Position numbers and translations under genes: made by a program. The notes beneath the pieces are model-generated. The model was not told the origin of the DNA. It saw only the letters and a list, made by a program, of their open reading frames with translations, and made no database searches. From assembly GCA_964016885.1 (NCBI GenBank), contig OZ024761.1, positions 11,718,001 to 11,782,000 on the forward strand: DNA of 64,000 nt, given 5' to 3'. The DNA comes from Eledone cirrhosa (lineage: Eukaryota). Below are positions 12,106 through 23,360 of the stretch, piece by piece (position 1 is the stretch's first letter; the number at the start of each line of letters is the position of its first letter).

Positions 12106-12787
12106 TAGAGTTTAAAAGTTCATATCTTTTCCAAAAGCATTAACCTTTTTGATTCTAACATGTCCCAAACTGTCCCTGATATATTGAAAAGCTTTCTACA
12201 GTTGAATGCCTTAACTACCATGAAAAGATAAGTCAATGTTGGTGAGATTGTAATTGAGAATATAGGACAGTTACAGTCTGACAGACAATAACAATAATAA
12301 TAAATATATGTGTAGTAATAAAGAAGCTAAGATACTATTAAATTGACAGCTAAAAACAGGACACTTAATTCCAAACAGATGGTCAATGAGAGCTGCTTAA
12401 GATTTAAATGTCACACAAAACTTTATAACATGGAAATTTTGCTATGTGGGGAAAGCTTAGAAGAAAGTGCACAGAGAGAGAGAGAGAGATAGAGATAGAG
12501 AGAGAAAGAGAGGAACACAGAGAAAGAGTGCCAGGGGGGACAGAGAGAGAGAGATAAGCTACTTCATAAATGGGTCAGTTTTTTGTTCTAATACAAAAAG
12601 GATTATGTAAAAATATGATATAAATAAATAAAATTATCTCCCTACTAATATCAGTATTATTTCTTTAGGGAATAACTGTCAGGCATAACAAGAACATTGC
12701 GTTGTAACAATAGTGGTAGTAGTTTCATTAAGGGCAGCTTAGCACTAATAGCCCTGGTGTCAATGATGGTGATATGATGTATATAGT

Positions 12788-12905
12788 GTGAAGTCATGTA
12801 GTTTAGTGGTTAAGGTGTTTGACTTGCAATCATACGGTCATCAGTTTGATTCCTGGACCAGGTGGTGATGCATTGAGTCCTTGAGCAAGACACTTCATCA
12901 CATGT
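12788..12905 (+). mobile_element. SINE S2-like head, degenerate
   Basis: gtttagtggttaagg...gtttgattcctgg...ccttgagcaagacact. Confidence 0.55.
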
Positions 12906-12949
12906 GGCTTTACCTCGGCCAGTCTGACACTTGAGAGAGCACAGGAAGG

Positions 12950-13146
12950 TACAAACGTGGGCTGAAAGGTTCACAGGCTGACTATGAGAGTGATGCTAGT
13001 GCTGTGAAATCTTGCAAGCATTAATTTCAATTCTTATTAATAACTGCATTGTTTCTTTCCAGGGACTATGTTGAGAAATAAACCTCATTTGGTTATTCCA
13101 TGAGAGTATCATGGTCAGACTATGAACTTTTCAACTGACCTTTGTA
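12950..13146. mobile_element. mariner-like MITE, decayed copy of the 32450 family
   Basis: Shares gtgatgctagtgctgtgaaatc...ccagggactatgttgagaaataaacctcatttgg. Confidence 0.7.
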
Positions 13147-13349
13147 TGTCAACAAGATGTAAGCCACTGGTCTGTGAAGATCCATCCAACCCTTGCTAGC
13201 AGAGAAAAGCAACATTGAATGATGACGATGATGATGATGTCTGGGGCTTCTATCATTAAAATATCTGATATGGCTTCTATGACCTCACTGGGTTAGCTAA
13301 ACCTGCAAAAGTGTAAACTGTAAATATCTTTCTTTAGTTTTGTTTTGTG

Positions 13350-13715
13350 ATTAGGTTGTTCAATTGATGATTGTAAGGTCATTAGCTAAATTCCCAGACC
13401 AGACAGCACATTATGTCCCTTGAGCAAGACTCTTTAAAAGTACAGCATTACTGATGCCAAGCATCTTTGGCCTGTCGTTCCCATGGACAACATATATAAT
13501 GTCTTATATAATGTATAAATGAGATGGAGTGACACTGGTGCCAAGCTGTACTGGCCTTTGCCTTTCCTGTGGACAACATCGGTGGTGTGGAGAAGGAGAG
13601 ACTGGCATGCATGAGTGACTGCTGGTCTTCCTCAAAACCCCTTAACCAAACTTGTGCCTTGGAGAGGAACTCTTCAGGTGCAAACCCATGGTTAGTCATG
13701 TCCAAAAGGGACCTA
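13350..13715 (+). mobile_element. SINE with S2-like head and a different 3' body
   Basis: cccttgagcaagac core followed by GC-richer, repeat-like sequence. Confidence 0.4.
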
Positions 13716-13836
13716 TTTTATATATTATAGCAAAGTGGCTTAAATATATTGTCTCTGCTTGCTACCCACTTTACAGGGGTACTGGGTAGTTTATCAGGGC
13801 ACCAACAGGTATTATACAGGGCCAAAAATGTCCTAC

Positions 13837-13932
13837 CTACACTATGTGGTCTGGGTCTGTTCAGCCAATTGTTTACAGAGGTAATAGTGAAGGAGGTGGT
13901 GGGTGGTGAGACATTAGATGATGACGATTCAG
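13837..13932 (-). CDS. Candidate internal coding exon, 96 nt (ESSSSNVSPPTTSFTITSVNNWLNRPRPHSV)
   Basis: Acceptor acaccttcatttcAG after a long (CT)n tract, donor TAG|GTAGGA, symmetric phase 1/1, open only in that frame. Confidence 0.48.
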
Positions 13933-13949
13933 CTGAAATGAAGGTGTGT

Positions 13950-14071
13950 GATGAGAGAGAGGAGAGTGAGAGTGGAGAGAGAGAGAGGAGAGTGGAGAGA
14001 GAGAGAGAGGAGAGAGAGAGGAGAGAGAGAGGAGGGAGAGAGAGAGGAGAGAGAGAGAGAGTGGAGAGAGG

Positions 14072-14105
<34 letters not shown>

Positions 14106-14240
14106 GAGGGAGAGAGAGAGAGGAGAGAGAGAGGAGGGAGAGAGAGAGAGGAGGGAGAGAGAGAGGAGGGAGAGAGAGAGGAGAGAGAGAGGAGGGAGAG
14201 AGAGAGGAGAGAGAGAGGAGGGAGAGAGAGAGAGAGAGAG
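13950..14240. repeat. (GA)n/(GGA) polypurine tract
   Basis: Direct reading. Confidence 0.9.
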
Positions 14241-14483
14241 GTAAGTGTATGACAGTTGTAAGCATTTCATCAATTACTCCTAAAAGCTCCAAAGCGAATT
14301 ATTTAAAAGCAAATATTGTTTGAAAAATCAGATCAATAATGAGAGAGAGAGAGAAAGAGGCTATGTGTGTGAGAGGGACAGTGCGTATGCATGATAAAGA
14401 GTGTTGGTATGTATGCGTGTGTGTGAGAAAGAGCGAGTGTGTATGAGAGAGAGAGTATGTATATGAGAGAGAGAGAGTGTATG

Positions 14484-14528
<45 letters not shown>

Positions 14529-14736
14529 AAGATTGATGACCCCCCCCCCTCACACACACACATCAACAGCCATATTTCTCTCAAAACAAAGTCTTTTATT
14601 AATGTGTTGCTCTCTCCATATTCTACTACTTATGTATTCCACTCGTATCTACCTCCCTCTCTTCCTCACACTCCTCTCTCACTCTGTATTCTACTCCCTA
14701 TCTCATTCCCTCTGTCCCACTCCCCCTCATTCAGTG

Positions 14737-14781
<45 letters not shown>

Positions 14782-15298
14782 ACCTCATTCACTCTGTCTC
14801 TCTCATTCAGTGTATGTGTCTCTCTCTCTCTCACTCACTACCTCATTCACTGTATCTCTCTCTCTCTCATTCAGTGTGTGTGTCTCTCTCTCTCTCACAA
14901 CCTCATTCACTCTGTCTCTCTCTCTCCCTCACTATCATTCATTCACTCTCACTCTCTCTCTCTCTCAATAAAAATCAGATCATCGCTAATTTAAAAGCTA
15001 TAACAGACTTCTATTCACATTTCCAATACGAAAATAGTTAATAAAACTCCTCACAGAGAAACACAGTCAAAGCAGAGCCATGTCAACTTTTGTAAAAATT
15101 CCAACATTTGTTTCAAAAACAACCAATTTCTGCTGCTACATACAGGTGCAGAGATGGCTGCCTGGTTAAAGAGTTTGGATCACAACCACCAGGCTTCAGG
15201 TTCCATCCAAACTAAATGACAACTTGGCCAGCTGTCTTCTACTATAGCCTCGGATTTCATTTTTGGTACACAGGAAGAAACTGCAAAGACCACTGTTT

Positions 15299-15470
15299 AT
15301 ATGAAGGAGTGATGCTAGTGCTGTGAAATCTTGCAAGCATTAATTTCAACTCTTCTTATTAATAACTGTATTGTTTCTTTCCAGGGACTGTGTTGAGAAA
15401 TAAACTTCATTTGGTCATTTCATGAGAGTATCTTGATCAATCTATGAATTTTTTCTGCTGACCCTTGTAT
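15299..15470. mobile_element. mariner-like MITE, 5'-truncated copy of the 32450 family
   Basis: Same internal sequence and right terminus ...gacccttgta. Confidence 0.7.
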
Positions 15471-15644
15471 GTAGAACCAGATGTGGTTTCAGATATTTGG
15501 GTATTATTATAGATAGGGTTAACTTCAGGGGCATTTTTAAAAGATTTATTTCTCGATTACTGTAAAACAGATTTCCATCTTTGTTGAAGATTCATTGAGA
15601 AACAGGAATGTTGTTTCAAGTCTCAGAAGTATTGCCATTTATAA

Positions 15645-16022
15645 TGGAGGCACATGGCTTAGTGGTTAGAGCATTGGCCTTGCAACCGAAAGGCTGCGAG
15701 TTCAATTCTCAGACCCGGTGATGTGTTGTTTCCTTGAGCAAGACACTTTAATTCACATTGCTCCAGTTTACTCAGCTGTAGAAATGAGATGATAGGGACT
15801 GGGGTCCCTATCATTCCACTGCAAAGTGGACGTGTAGGTGCCACGGCAAAAAAGCATCCAGCCCACACTGCAAAGTGGTCGTGTAGGCGCCATGGAAAAA
15901 GAGCACCCAGCACTCACTGTAAATGAGGTTGGTGTTAGGAAGGGCATCCAGCTGTAGAAATCAAGCCAGAACCCGTCCCACCCTTGCAAGCAGGGAAAAG
16001 CGGACGTAAAATGATGATGATA
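15645..16022 (+). mobile_element. tRNA-derived SINE (family S2), full length
   Basis: A box TGGCTTAGTGG, B box GTTCAATTC, ccttgagcaagacact core, internal hairpin tgatagggac/gtccctatca, tail ggttggtgttaggaagggcatccag...(GAT)n. Confidence 0.8.
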
Positions 16023-16099
16023 TGGAATGGACTTCAGTTAGTGGCGACGATGAGTATTCCATTTGTTTGATCAACAGGGCAGCCAGCTCTTGAAACTGA

Positions 16100-16222
16100 C
16101 GGTCTGAGTTCAAATCCCACCGAGGTTAACTTTGCCTTTCATCCTTGCGGGGTCGATAAAATAAAGTCGATAAAATAAAGGATTAATTGCTGGCCTTGTG
16201 CCAGAAGTAGAAACCATAATTA
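16100..16222 (+). mobile_element. SINE S1
   Basis: ctgagttcaaatcccaccgaggttaactttgcctttcatcc. Confidence 0.7.
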
Positions 16223-16350
16223 TTCTGCTGGTAATCTTTCACGTTAGATATATAGAATAAGACAATAAAAGGAAATCTTGCTGAAGTTTTATAGGAACGA
16301 AAAGTAATTATTTTTTTCTCTGGGACTCCCATCCGTCTCCCTCGACTCAC

Positions 16351-16425
16351 AGCCATCTGCCTCACATTGTGCTAATTCATCAGTAGGTGTAAATTAAATG
16401 AAAACCTGTTGTTTTAGTAAATTAT
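16351..16425 (-). other. Candidate 75-nt exon (non-coding or poison cassette)
   Basis: Strong acceptor gtttttttctctcAG and donor GCT|GTGAGT; stop codons in all three frames. Confidence 0.4.
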
Positions 16426-16561
16426 CTGAGAGAAAAAAACAATATCCACCAATAAATCTTTCAGTTTATTGATTAAAAAATGGTTCCAATGGCGAAAATT
16501 TTACAACGTAAAAGCAGTTCATTTTATATTTTTACATAACTAGAGCACCCCCATTATATAT

Positions 16562-16618
<57 letters not shown>

Positions 16619-16622
16619 AGTG

Positions 16623-16807
16623 TGAATCCCTGATTCAATCGGGGGGTAACCACATTAAGTAAGGTACTCAATACAAGGCAGAGTATAAACATTTGATATA
16701 GAAATGGCTTCTACAGGACTAGAACTGTTTCATTCGGGAGAAATCAGCAGGGCTTTCCTGGTGATTTCCTTTGAATGAAACAGTTCTAGTCCTGTAGAAG
16801 CCATTTA

Positions 16808-16812
<5 letters not shown>
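16623..16812 (+). mobile_element. Small hairpin element, family H1
   Basis: Leader with GGTAACCAC..GGTACTCAATAC, then a long inverted repeat agaaatggcttctacaggactagaactgtttc; flanked by (TA)/(TG)n. Confidence 0.6.
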
Positions 16813-16853
<41 letters not shown>

Positions 16854-17864
16854 CATACATACATACATACATACATACATACACACACACACATGTGCGT
16901 GTGAAAAAATGATCGGTTAAAAAAGTACCAGGTTTGAAAAAAAGTATTGAAGTCAATATGATCAGCTAGGTCCCTTTAAGATGGTGCCCTAGCATGATTG
17001 CAGAAAAACAAATTTTGGTAAGATACAAAAAGAAAAATGCCAACGTGTGTGTGAGTTGGTTTGCTCTAACGACTGACACCTCTCATTCGCAGTACCTTCT
17101 TCAATACCATGACAAAGTGAAAAGAAAAACTTTATCTAACCCCTATTCATAACAAACCGATGATGCTACGCTGTTTATATTTATCTAAAAAACCTTCCAT
17201 CGTAATTTTATGTAAGAACCATTATGCTCCAAACATCAACTTCATAATCAGAAAATTAGATATATTATTACAGTCCTCCAAATTCTTGATTATTTGAAAA
17301 ATCAGTGTCTTTCATTGGAAATATGGTAACGAAAGTGTTAAGTTATGTTCCAAACACAGGTTTAGTAATGATAAAGTTAGTTATATTACTAAATCCCTTC
17401 AAATTCTTGATTATTTTCAAAATAATTTGGAAACCCATAGGCAGAGTGTTTCACTATAAAGATGATAAGGTTGCCGAGGAACTGGTTAAATTCACCAAGA
17501 ATTTGGCACGAAAATGCAAATACCTGGTATATGAACTAGCTTCAAAAGATACCCAGATACTACTACAACTAATTCTACCACCACCACAACTACTATTACA
17601 ACCTCCATTGCTACTATTACTTCTACCACTATCACTACTACAACCACCATTGCTACTATTACTTCTACTACCACCACCACCACTACTACTGTAAGTCCTA
17701 AATAGAAGTGTCACTACTTCACATGAGTTGCAATGGAAATGCTTGCACGGAACTTTAATGTCGGTGTGTGTGTGAGGTGTTTAGGTAGCACGCCTTGTAA
17801 AAAGTGTGTGCTTGATGTGTGTGTTTATGAGTGTGAGTGTGTGTGTGTGTGTGTTAAGGTAGCA

Positions 17865-17968
17865 GGCCTTGTAAAAAGTGTGTCTGTGTGTGCTGTTTCA
17901 GGTAGCAGGCCTTGTTAAAAGTGTGTGTGTGTGATGTGCTGTTTAAGGTAGCAGGCCTTGTTAAAAGT

Positions 17969-18000
<32 letters not shown>

Positions 18001-20794
18001 CTGTGTGATGTGCTGTTTCAGGTAGCAGGCCTTGTTAAAAGTGTGTCTGTGTGTGTGTGTGATGTGTTGTTTAAGGTAGCAGGCCTTGTAAAAAGTGTGT
18101 GTGTGATGTGTTGTTTAAGGTAGCAGGCCTTGTAAAAAGTGTGTGTGTGTGTGTGTGTGTGTGATGTGTTGTTTAAGGTAGCAGGCCTTGTAAAAAGTGT
18201 GTGTGTGATGTGTTGTTTAAGGTAGCAGGCCTTGTAAAAAGTGTGTCTGTGATGTGATGTTTAAGGTAGCAGGCCTTGTAAAAAGTGTGTGTGTGATGTG
18301 CTGTTTAAGGTAGCAGGCCTTGTAAAAAGTGTGTGTGTGATGTGTTGTTTAAGGTAGCAGGCCTTGTAAAAAGTGTGTGTGTGATGTGTTGTTTAAGGTA
18401 GCAGGCCTTGTAAAAAGTGTGTGTGTGTGTGTGATGTGTTGTTTAAGGTAGCAGGCCTTGTAAAAAGTGTGTGTGTGATGTGTTGTTTAAGGTAGCAGGC
18501 CTTGTAAAAAGTGTGTATGTGATGTGTTGTTTAAGGTAGCAGGCCTTGTAAAAAGTGTGTGTGTGATGTGTTGTTTAAGGTAGCAGGCCTTGTAAAAAGT
18601 GTGTGTGATGTGTTGTTTAAGGTAGCAGGCCTTGTAAAAAGTGTCTGTGTGATGTGTTGTTTAAGGTAGCAGGCCTTGTAAAAAGTGTGTGTCTGTGTGA
18701 TGTGATGTTTAAGGTAGCAGGCTTTGTTAAAAGTGTGTCTGTGGGATGTGATGTTTAAGGTAGCAGGCCTTGTAAAAAGTGTGTCTGTGTGATGTGATGT
18801 TTAAGGTAGCAGGCCTTGTAAAAAGTGTGTCTGTGTGATGTGATGTTTAAGGTAGCAGGCCTTGTAAAAAGTGTGTGTGTGATGTGATGTTTAAGGTAGC
18901 AGGCCTTGTAAAAAGTGTGTCTGTGTGATGTGATGTTTAAGGTAGCAGGCCTTGTTAAAAGTGTGTGTGTGTGTGTGATGTGTTGTTTAAGGTAGCATGC
19001 CTTGTAAAAAGTGTGTGTGTGATGTGTTGTTTAAGGTAGCAGGCCTTGTAAAAAGTGTGTGTGTGTGTGATGTGATGTTTAAGGTAGCAGGCCTTGTAAA
19101 AAGTGTGTGTGTGATGTGATGTTTAAGGTAGCAGGCCTTGTAAAAAGTGTGTCTGTGTGATGTGATGTTTAAGGTAGCAGGCCTTGTAAAAAGTGTGTGT
19201 GTGTGTGTGATGTGTTGTTTAAGGTAGCAGGCCTTGTAAAAAGTGTGTGTGTGATGTGTTGTTTAAGGTAGCAGGCCTTGTAAAAAGTGTGTCTGTGATG
19301 TGATGTTTAAGGTAGCAGGCCTTGTAAAAAGTGTGTGTGTGATGTGATGTTTAAGGTAGCAGGCCTTGTAAAAAGTGTGTGTGTGTGATGTGATGTTTAA
19401 GGTAGCAGGCCTTGTAAAAAGTGTGTGTGTGTGTGTGTGATGTGTTGTTTAAGGTAGCAGGCCTTGTAAAAAGTGTGTGTGTGATGTGTTGTTTAAGGTA
19501 GCAGGCCTTGTAAAAAGTGTGTGTGTGATGTGTTGTTTAAGGTAGCAGGCCTTGTAAAAAGTGTGTGTGTGTGTGTGATGTGTTGTTTAAGGTAGCAGGC
19601 CTTGTAAAAAGTGTGTGTGTGATGTGTTGTTTAAGGTAGCAGGCCTTGTAAAAAGTGTGTGTGTGATGTGTTGTTTAAGGTAGCAGGCCTTGTAAAAAGT
19701 GTGTGTGTGATGTGTTGTTTAAGGTAGCAGGCCTTGTAAAAAGTGTGTGTGTGATGTGTTGTTTAAGGTAGCAGGCCTTGTAAAAAGTGTGTGTGATGTG
19801 TTGTTTAAGGTAGCAGGCCTTGTAAAAAGTGTCTGTGTGATGTGTTGTTTAAGGTAGCAGGCCTTGTAAAAAGTGTGTGTCTGTGTGATGTGATGTTTAA
19901 GGTAGCAGGCTTTGTTAAAAGTGTGTCTGTGGGATGTGATGTTTAAGGTAGCAGGCCTTGTAAAAAGTGTGTCTGTGTGATGTGATGTTTAAGGTAGCAG
20001 GCCTTGTAAAAAGTGTGTCTGTGTGATGTGATGTTTAAGGTAGCAGGCCTTGTAAAAAGTGTGTGTGTGATGTGATGTTTAAGGTAGCAGGCCTTGTAAA
20101 AAGTGTGTCTGTGTGATGTGATGTTTAAGGTAGCAGGCCTTGTTAAAAGTGTGTGTGTGTGTGTGATGTGTTGTTTAAGGTAGCATGCCTTGTAAAAAGT
20201 GTGTGTGTGATGTGTTGTTTAAGGTAGCAGGCCTTGTAAAAAGTGTGTGTGTGTGTGATGTGATGTTTAAGGTAGCAGGCCTTGTAAAAAGTGTGTGTGT
20301 GATGTGATGTTTAAGGTAGCAGGCCTTGTAAAAAGTGTGTCTGTGTGATGTGATGTTTAAGGTAGCAGGCCTTGTAAAAAGTGTGTGTGTGTGTGTGATG
20401 TGTTGTTTAAGGTAGCAGGCCTTGTAAAAAGTGTGTGTGTGATGTGTTGTTTAAGGTAGCAGGCCTTGTAAAAAGTGTGTCTGTGATGTGATGTTTAAGG
20501 TAGCAGGCCTTGTAAAAAGTGTGTGTGTGATGTGATGTTTAAGGTAGCAGGCCTTGTAAAAAGTGTGTGTGTGTGATGTGATGTTTAAGGTAGCAGGCCT
20601 TGTAAAAAGTGTGTGTGTGTGTGTGATGTGTTGTTTAAGGTAGCATGCCTTGTTAAAAGTGTGTGTGTGATGTGATGTTTAAGGTAGCAGGCCTTGTAAA
20701 AAGTGTGTGTGTGTGTGATGTGATGTTTAAGGTAGCAGGCCTTGTAAAAAGTGTGTGTGTGTGATGTGATGTTTAAGGTAGCAGGCCTTGTAAA

Positions 20795-20852
<58 letters not shown>

Positions 20853-20886
20853 TGTGTTGTTTAAGGTAGCAGGCCTTGTAAAAAGT
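17865..20886. repeat. 3-kb minisatellite: gatgtg(t/a)tgtttaaggtagcaggccttgtaaaaa plus variable (GT)n
   Basis: Roughly 65 units with a 1188-bp higher-order duplication. Confidence 0.95.
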
Positions 20887-21558
20887 GACTGACAGATAAG
20901 ACAAGTTGAAATATTTCAAAACTAACTTCACTGACAGAAATTGAAGAGTAGCTATGTTTTAAACATGGCTGATGGTGTGTTGTGTGTTCGAGCGAGCATG
21001 CATGCAAGTGTGTATGTGAGTGTGTGTGTGTGTGTGTGAGGTACAGCCATTTGTACGAGTTGTGTGAGTGTATGTGTGTGAACTTGAATGCATGAGTATA
21101 TGAGCGTCTGTCTGTATGTATGTGCCGCACTAAAATGTATACTATGGATGATGATGATGATGATGTATATGTTGTATGCAAAGGTGTAGCCACGACACAC
21201 CAGTATGCACATGTTTTGCTGCACACCCTGGATGCCTACGTATTTGTGTGCATATATAATTCCGTATGCCAGCATGTCTGCCTGTGCATTCGAATGCATG
21301 GCTCTATCTGTTGTCTGCATTCATGTGCAACTTCAGTACCAGTATATACCCAAACCATCTGTGTGTGTGTGTGTGTGTGTATCTATATATATGTATATAT
21401 ATATACACAGCCGTTACAACGAGCTGTGTATGTGTATGTCCACACAAATATCTCTATTATGAAGACGTGTGTGTGTGTGTGTATGAGAGGGAGAGAGAGA
21501 GAGGGGGAAAGAGAGAGAGAGAAAGAGAGAAAGAAAGAGAGAGAAAGAGAGAGAAAGA

Positions 21559-21616
<58 letters not shown>

Positions 21617-21884
21617 AAGAGAGAAAGAGAGAGAGAGAGAGAGAAAGAGAGAAAGAGAGAGAGAGACTATAATGTTTGCACACATTCGAGACTTGAGTTT
21701 AAACGATTTATACTTAGTAATAACATATCAGTTTTGTTTATGACTAAGCAAGTGTGTATGTGTGTATATATATATATACACACATACATATGTATATATA
21801 TACATATAACCCATGCTAGCGTGGAAGATGGACGTTAAACGAAAATGATGATGATATACATACATATATGTATATATATGTATG

Positions 21885-21918
<34 letters not shown>

Positions 21919-22196
21919 TATATGTATGTATATGTGTATATATATGTATATATGTATGTATATGTATATATATATATATATATACACATATATACACACA
22001 CACACACACATAACAGCAACTGTTCAATTGAATAAAAATATACGTGTGGGCGGTGGTGCCGAAAGATCTGCTAAAGTCTATGTGATAATGGAACACACAC
22101 AAAATACCCCCCCCCCCCCCAATAAAAACCCCACTCTGCAGTTTACCATCACCAATATTACTGAATGCTACACACAATCATCTATATATATATCTA

Positions 22197-22515
22197 TGGA
22201 GGCACATGGCTTAGTGGTTAGAGCATTGGCCTTGCAATCGAAAGGTTGTGAGTTCAATTCTCAGACCGGGTGATGTGTTGTTTCCTTGAGCAAGACACTT
22301 TATTTCACATTGCTCCAGTTTACTCAGCTGTAGAAATGAGATGATAGGGACTGGGGTCCCTATCATTCCACTGCAAAGTGGTCGTGGAGGCGGCACGAAA
22401 AAAAAGCACCCCGCACTCACTGTAAATGAGGTTGGTGTTAGGAAGGGCATCCAGCTGTAGAAATCAAGCCAGAATCAGTTCCTGTCCCACCCTTGCGTAA
22501 AATGAAATGATGATG
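22197..22515 (+). mobile_element. SINE S2, full length
   Basis: Near-identical to 15645-16022. Confidence 0.8.
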
Positions 22516-22589
22516 CTATATATATATATACACACCTCACCTAACAAATACCACATTGGAAACGATATTAGGGCATTATTACACTCCCT

Positions 22590-23360
22590 CAGGGCGGTGG
22601 ATTAGCAGTATCGGTAGAGGGTCGGACGCCATGCTAGGGTGGTGGAATGGCAGTATCGGTAGAGGGTCGGACGCCATGCTAGGGTGGTGGAATGGCAGTA
22701 TCGGTAGAGGGTCGGACGCCATGCTAGGGTTGTGGAATGGCAGTATCGGTAGAGGGTCGGACGCCATGCTAAGGTGGTGGAATGGCAGTATTGGTAGAGG
22801 GTCGGACGCCATGCTTTGCCGCATAGAGTTACGGCTCTTTATGATTTGAGTTCAAATCCCGCTGAGGTTAACTTTGCCTTTCATCCTTACGAGGTCGATA
22901 AAATAAAGTACCAGTCATGCAATTGGGGTCAATTTCATCGACTTTCCTGGCGACGCTAAACATATCTTTGCCTTTCATCTTTATGATGTCTATAAAATAA
23001 AGTACCTTCCCCTTTCCTTAAAATTGCTGGTCTTGTACCAAAGGTAGAAGCTGCTACTACTACTTCTGTACCAGTAATGTACTGAGGGTGTTTCGACAGA
23101 TTAGTTCCTGCCCCAAAGGCTTTGTGCCTAAATAAGAAATCGTTATTTTAAGGGACAGTGGGTTAGCAGAATCGGTAGAGTGCCAGACAAAATTATTTGC
23201 GGTGTTTGGTAAATAATTAATTATGACTTTCTTTAGGGTTCTGAGTTCAAATCTTGCTGAGGTCAACAAAATAAAGTACCAGTAACACACTGGGGTCGAT
23301 ATAAACAACTCTTCCCCACTTCCCTTCAAGTTTCTGGCCTTGTGCTAATGTCAGAAAGCA
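22590..23360 (+). mobile_element. Two S1 SINEs; the first has a five-fold tandem 45-bp head
   Basis: (gcagtatcggtagagggtcggacgccatgctagggtggtggaatg) x5, then B box GAGTTCAAATCCC and the core; second copy at ~23155-23360. Confidence 0.75.

Noticed and set aside
13749-14252. Plus-strand exon ending GAG|GTAAGT at 14240
   Set aside because: Mostly (GA)n; the unique part is better explained as a minus-strand exon.
15645-15720. tRNA gene (also at 22197)
   Set aside because: A and B boxes are present but there is no closing acceptor stem, and it runs into a SINE body.
17865-20886. CRISPR array (also 2612-3335)
   Set aside because: Spacers are only (GT)n length variants; no cas genes; eukaryotic context.
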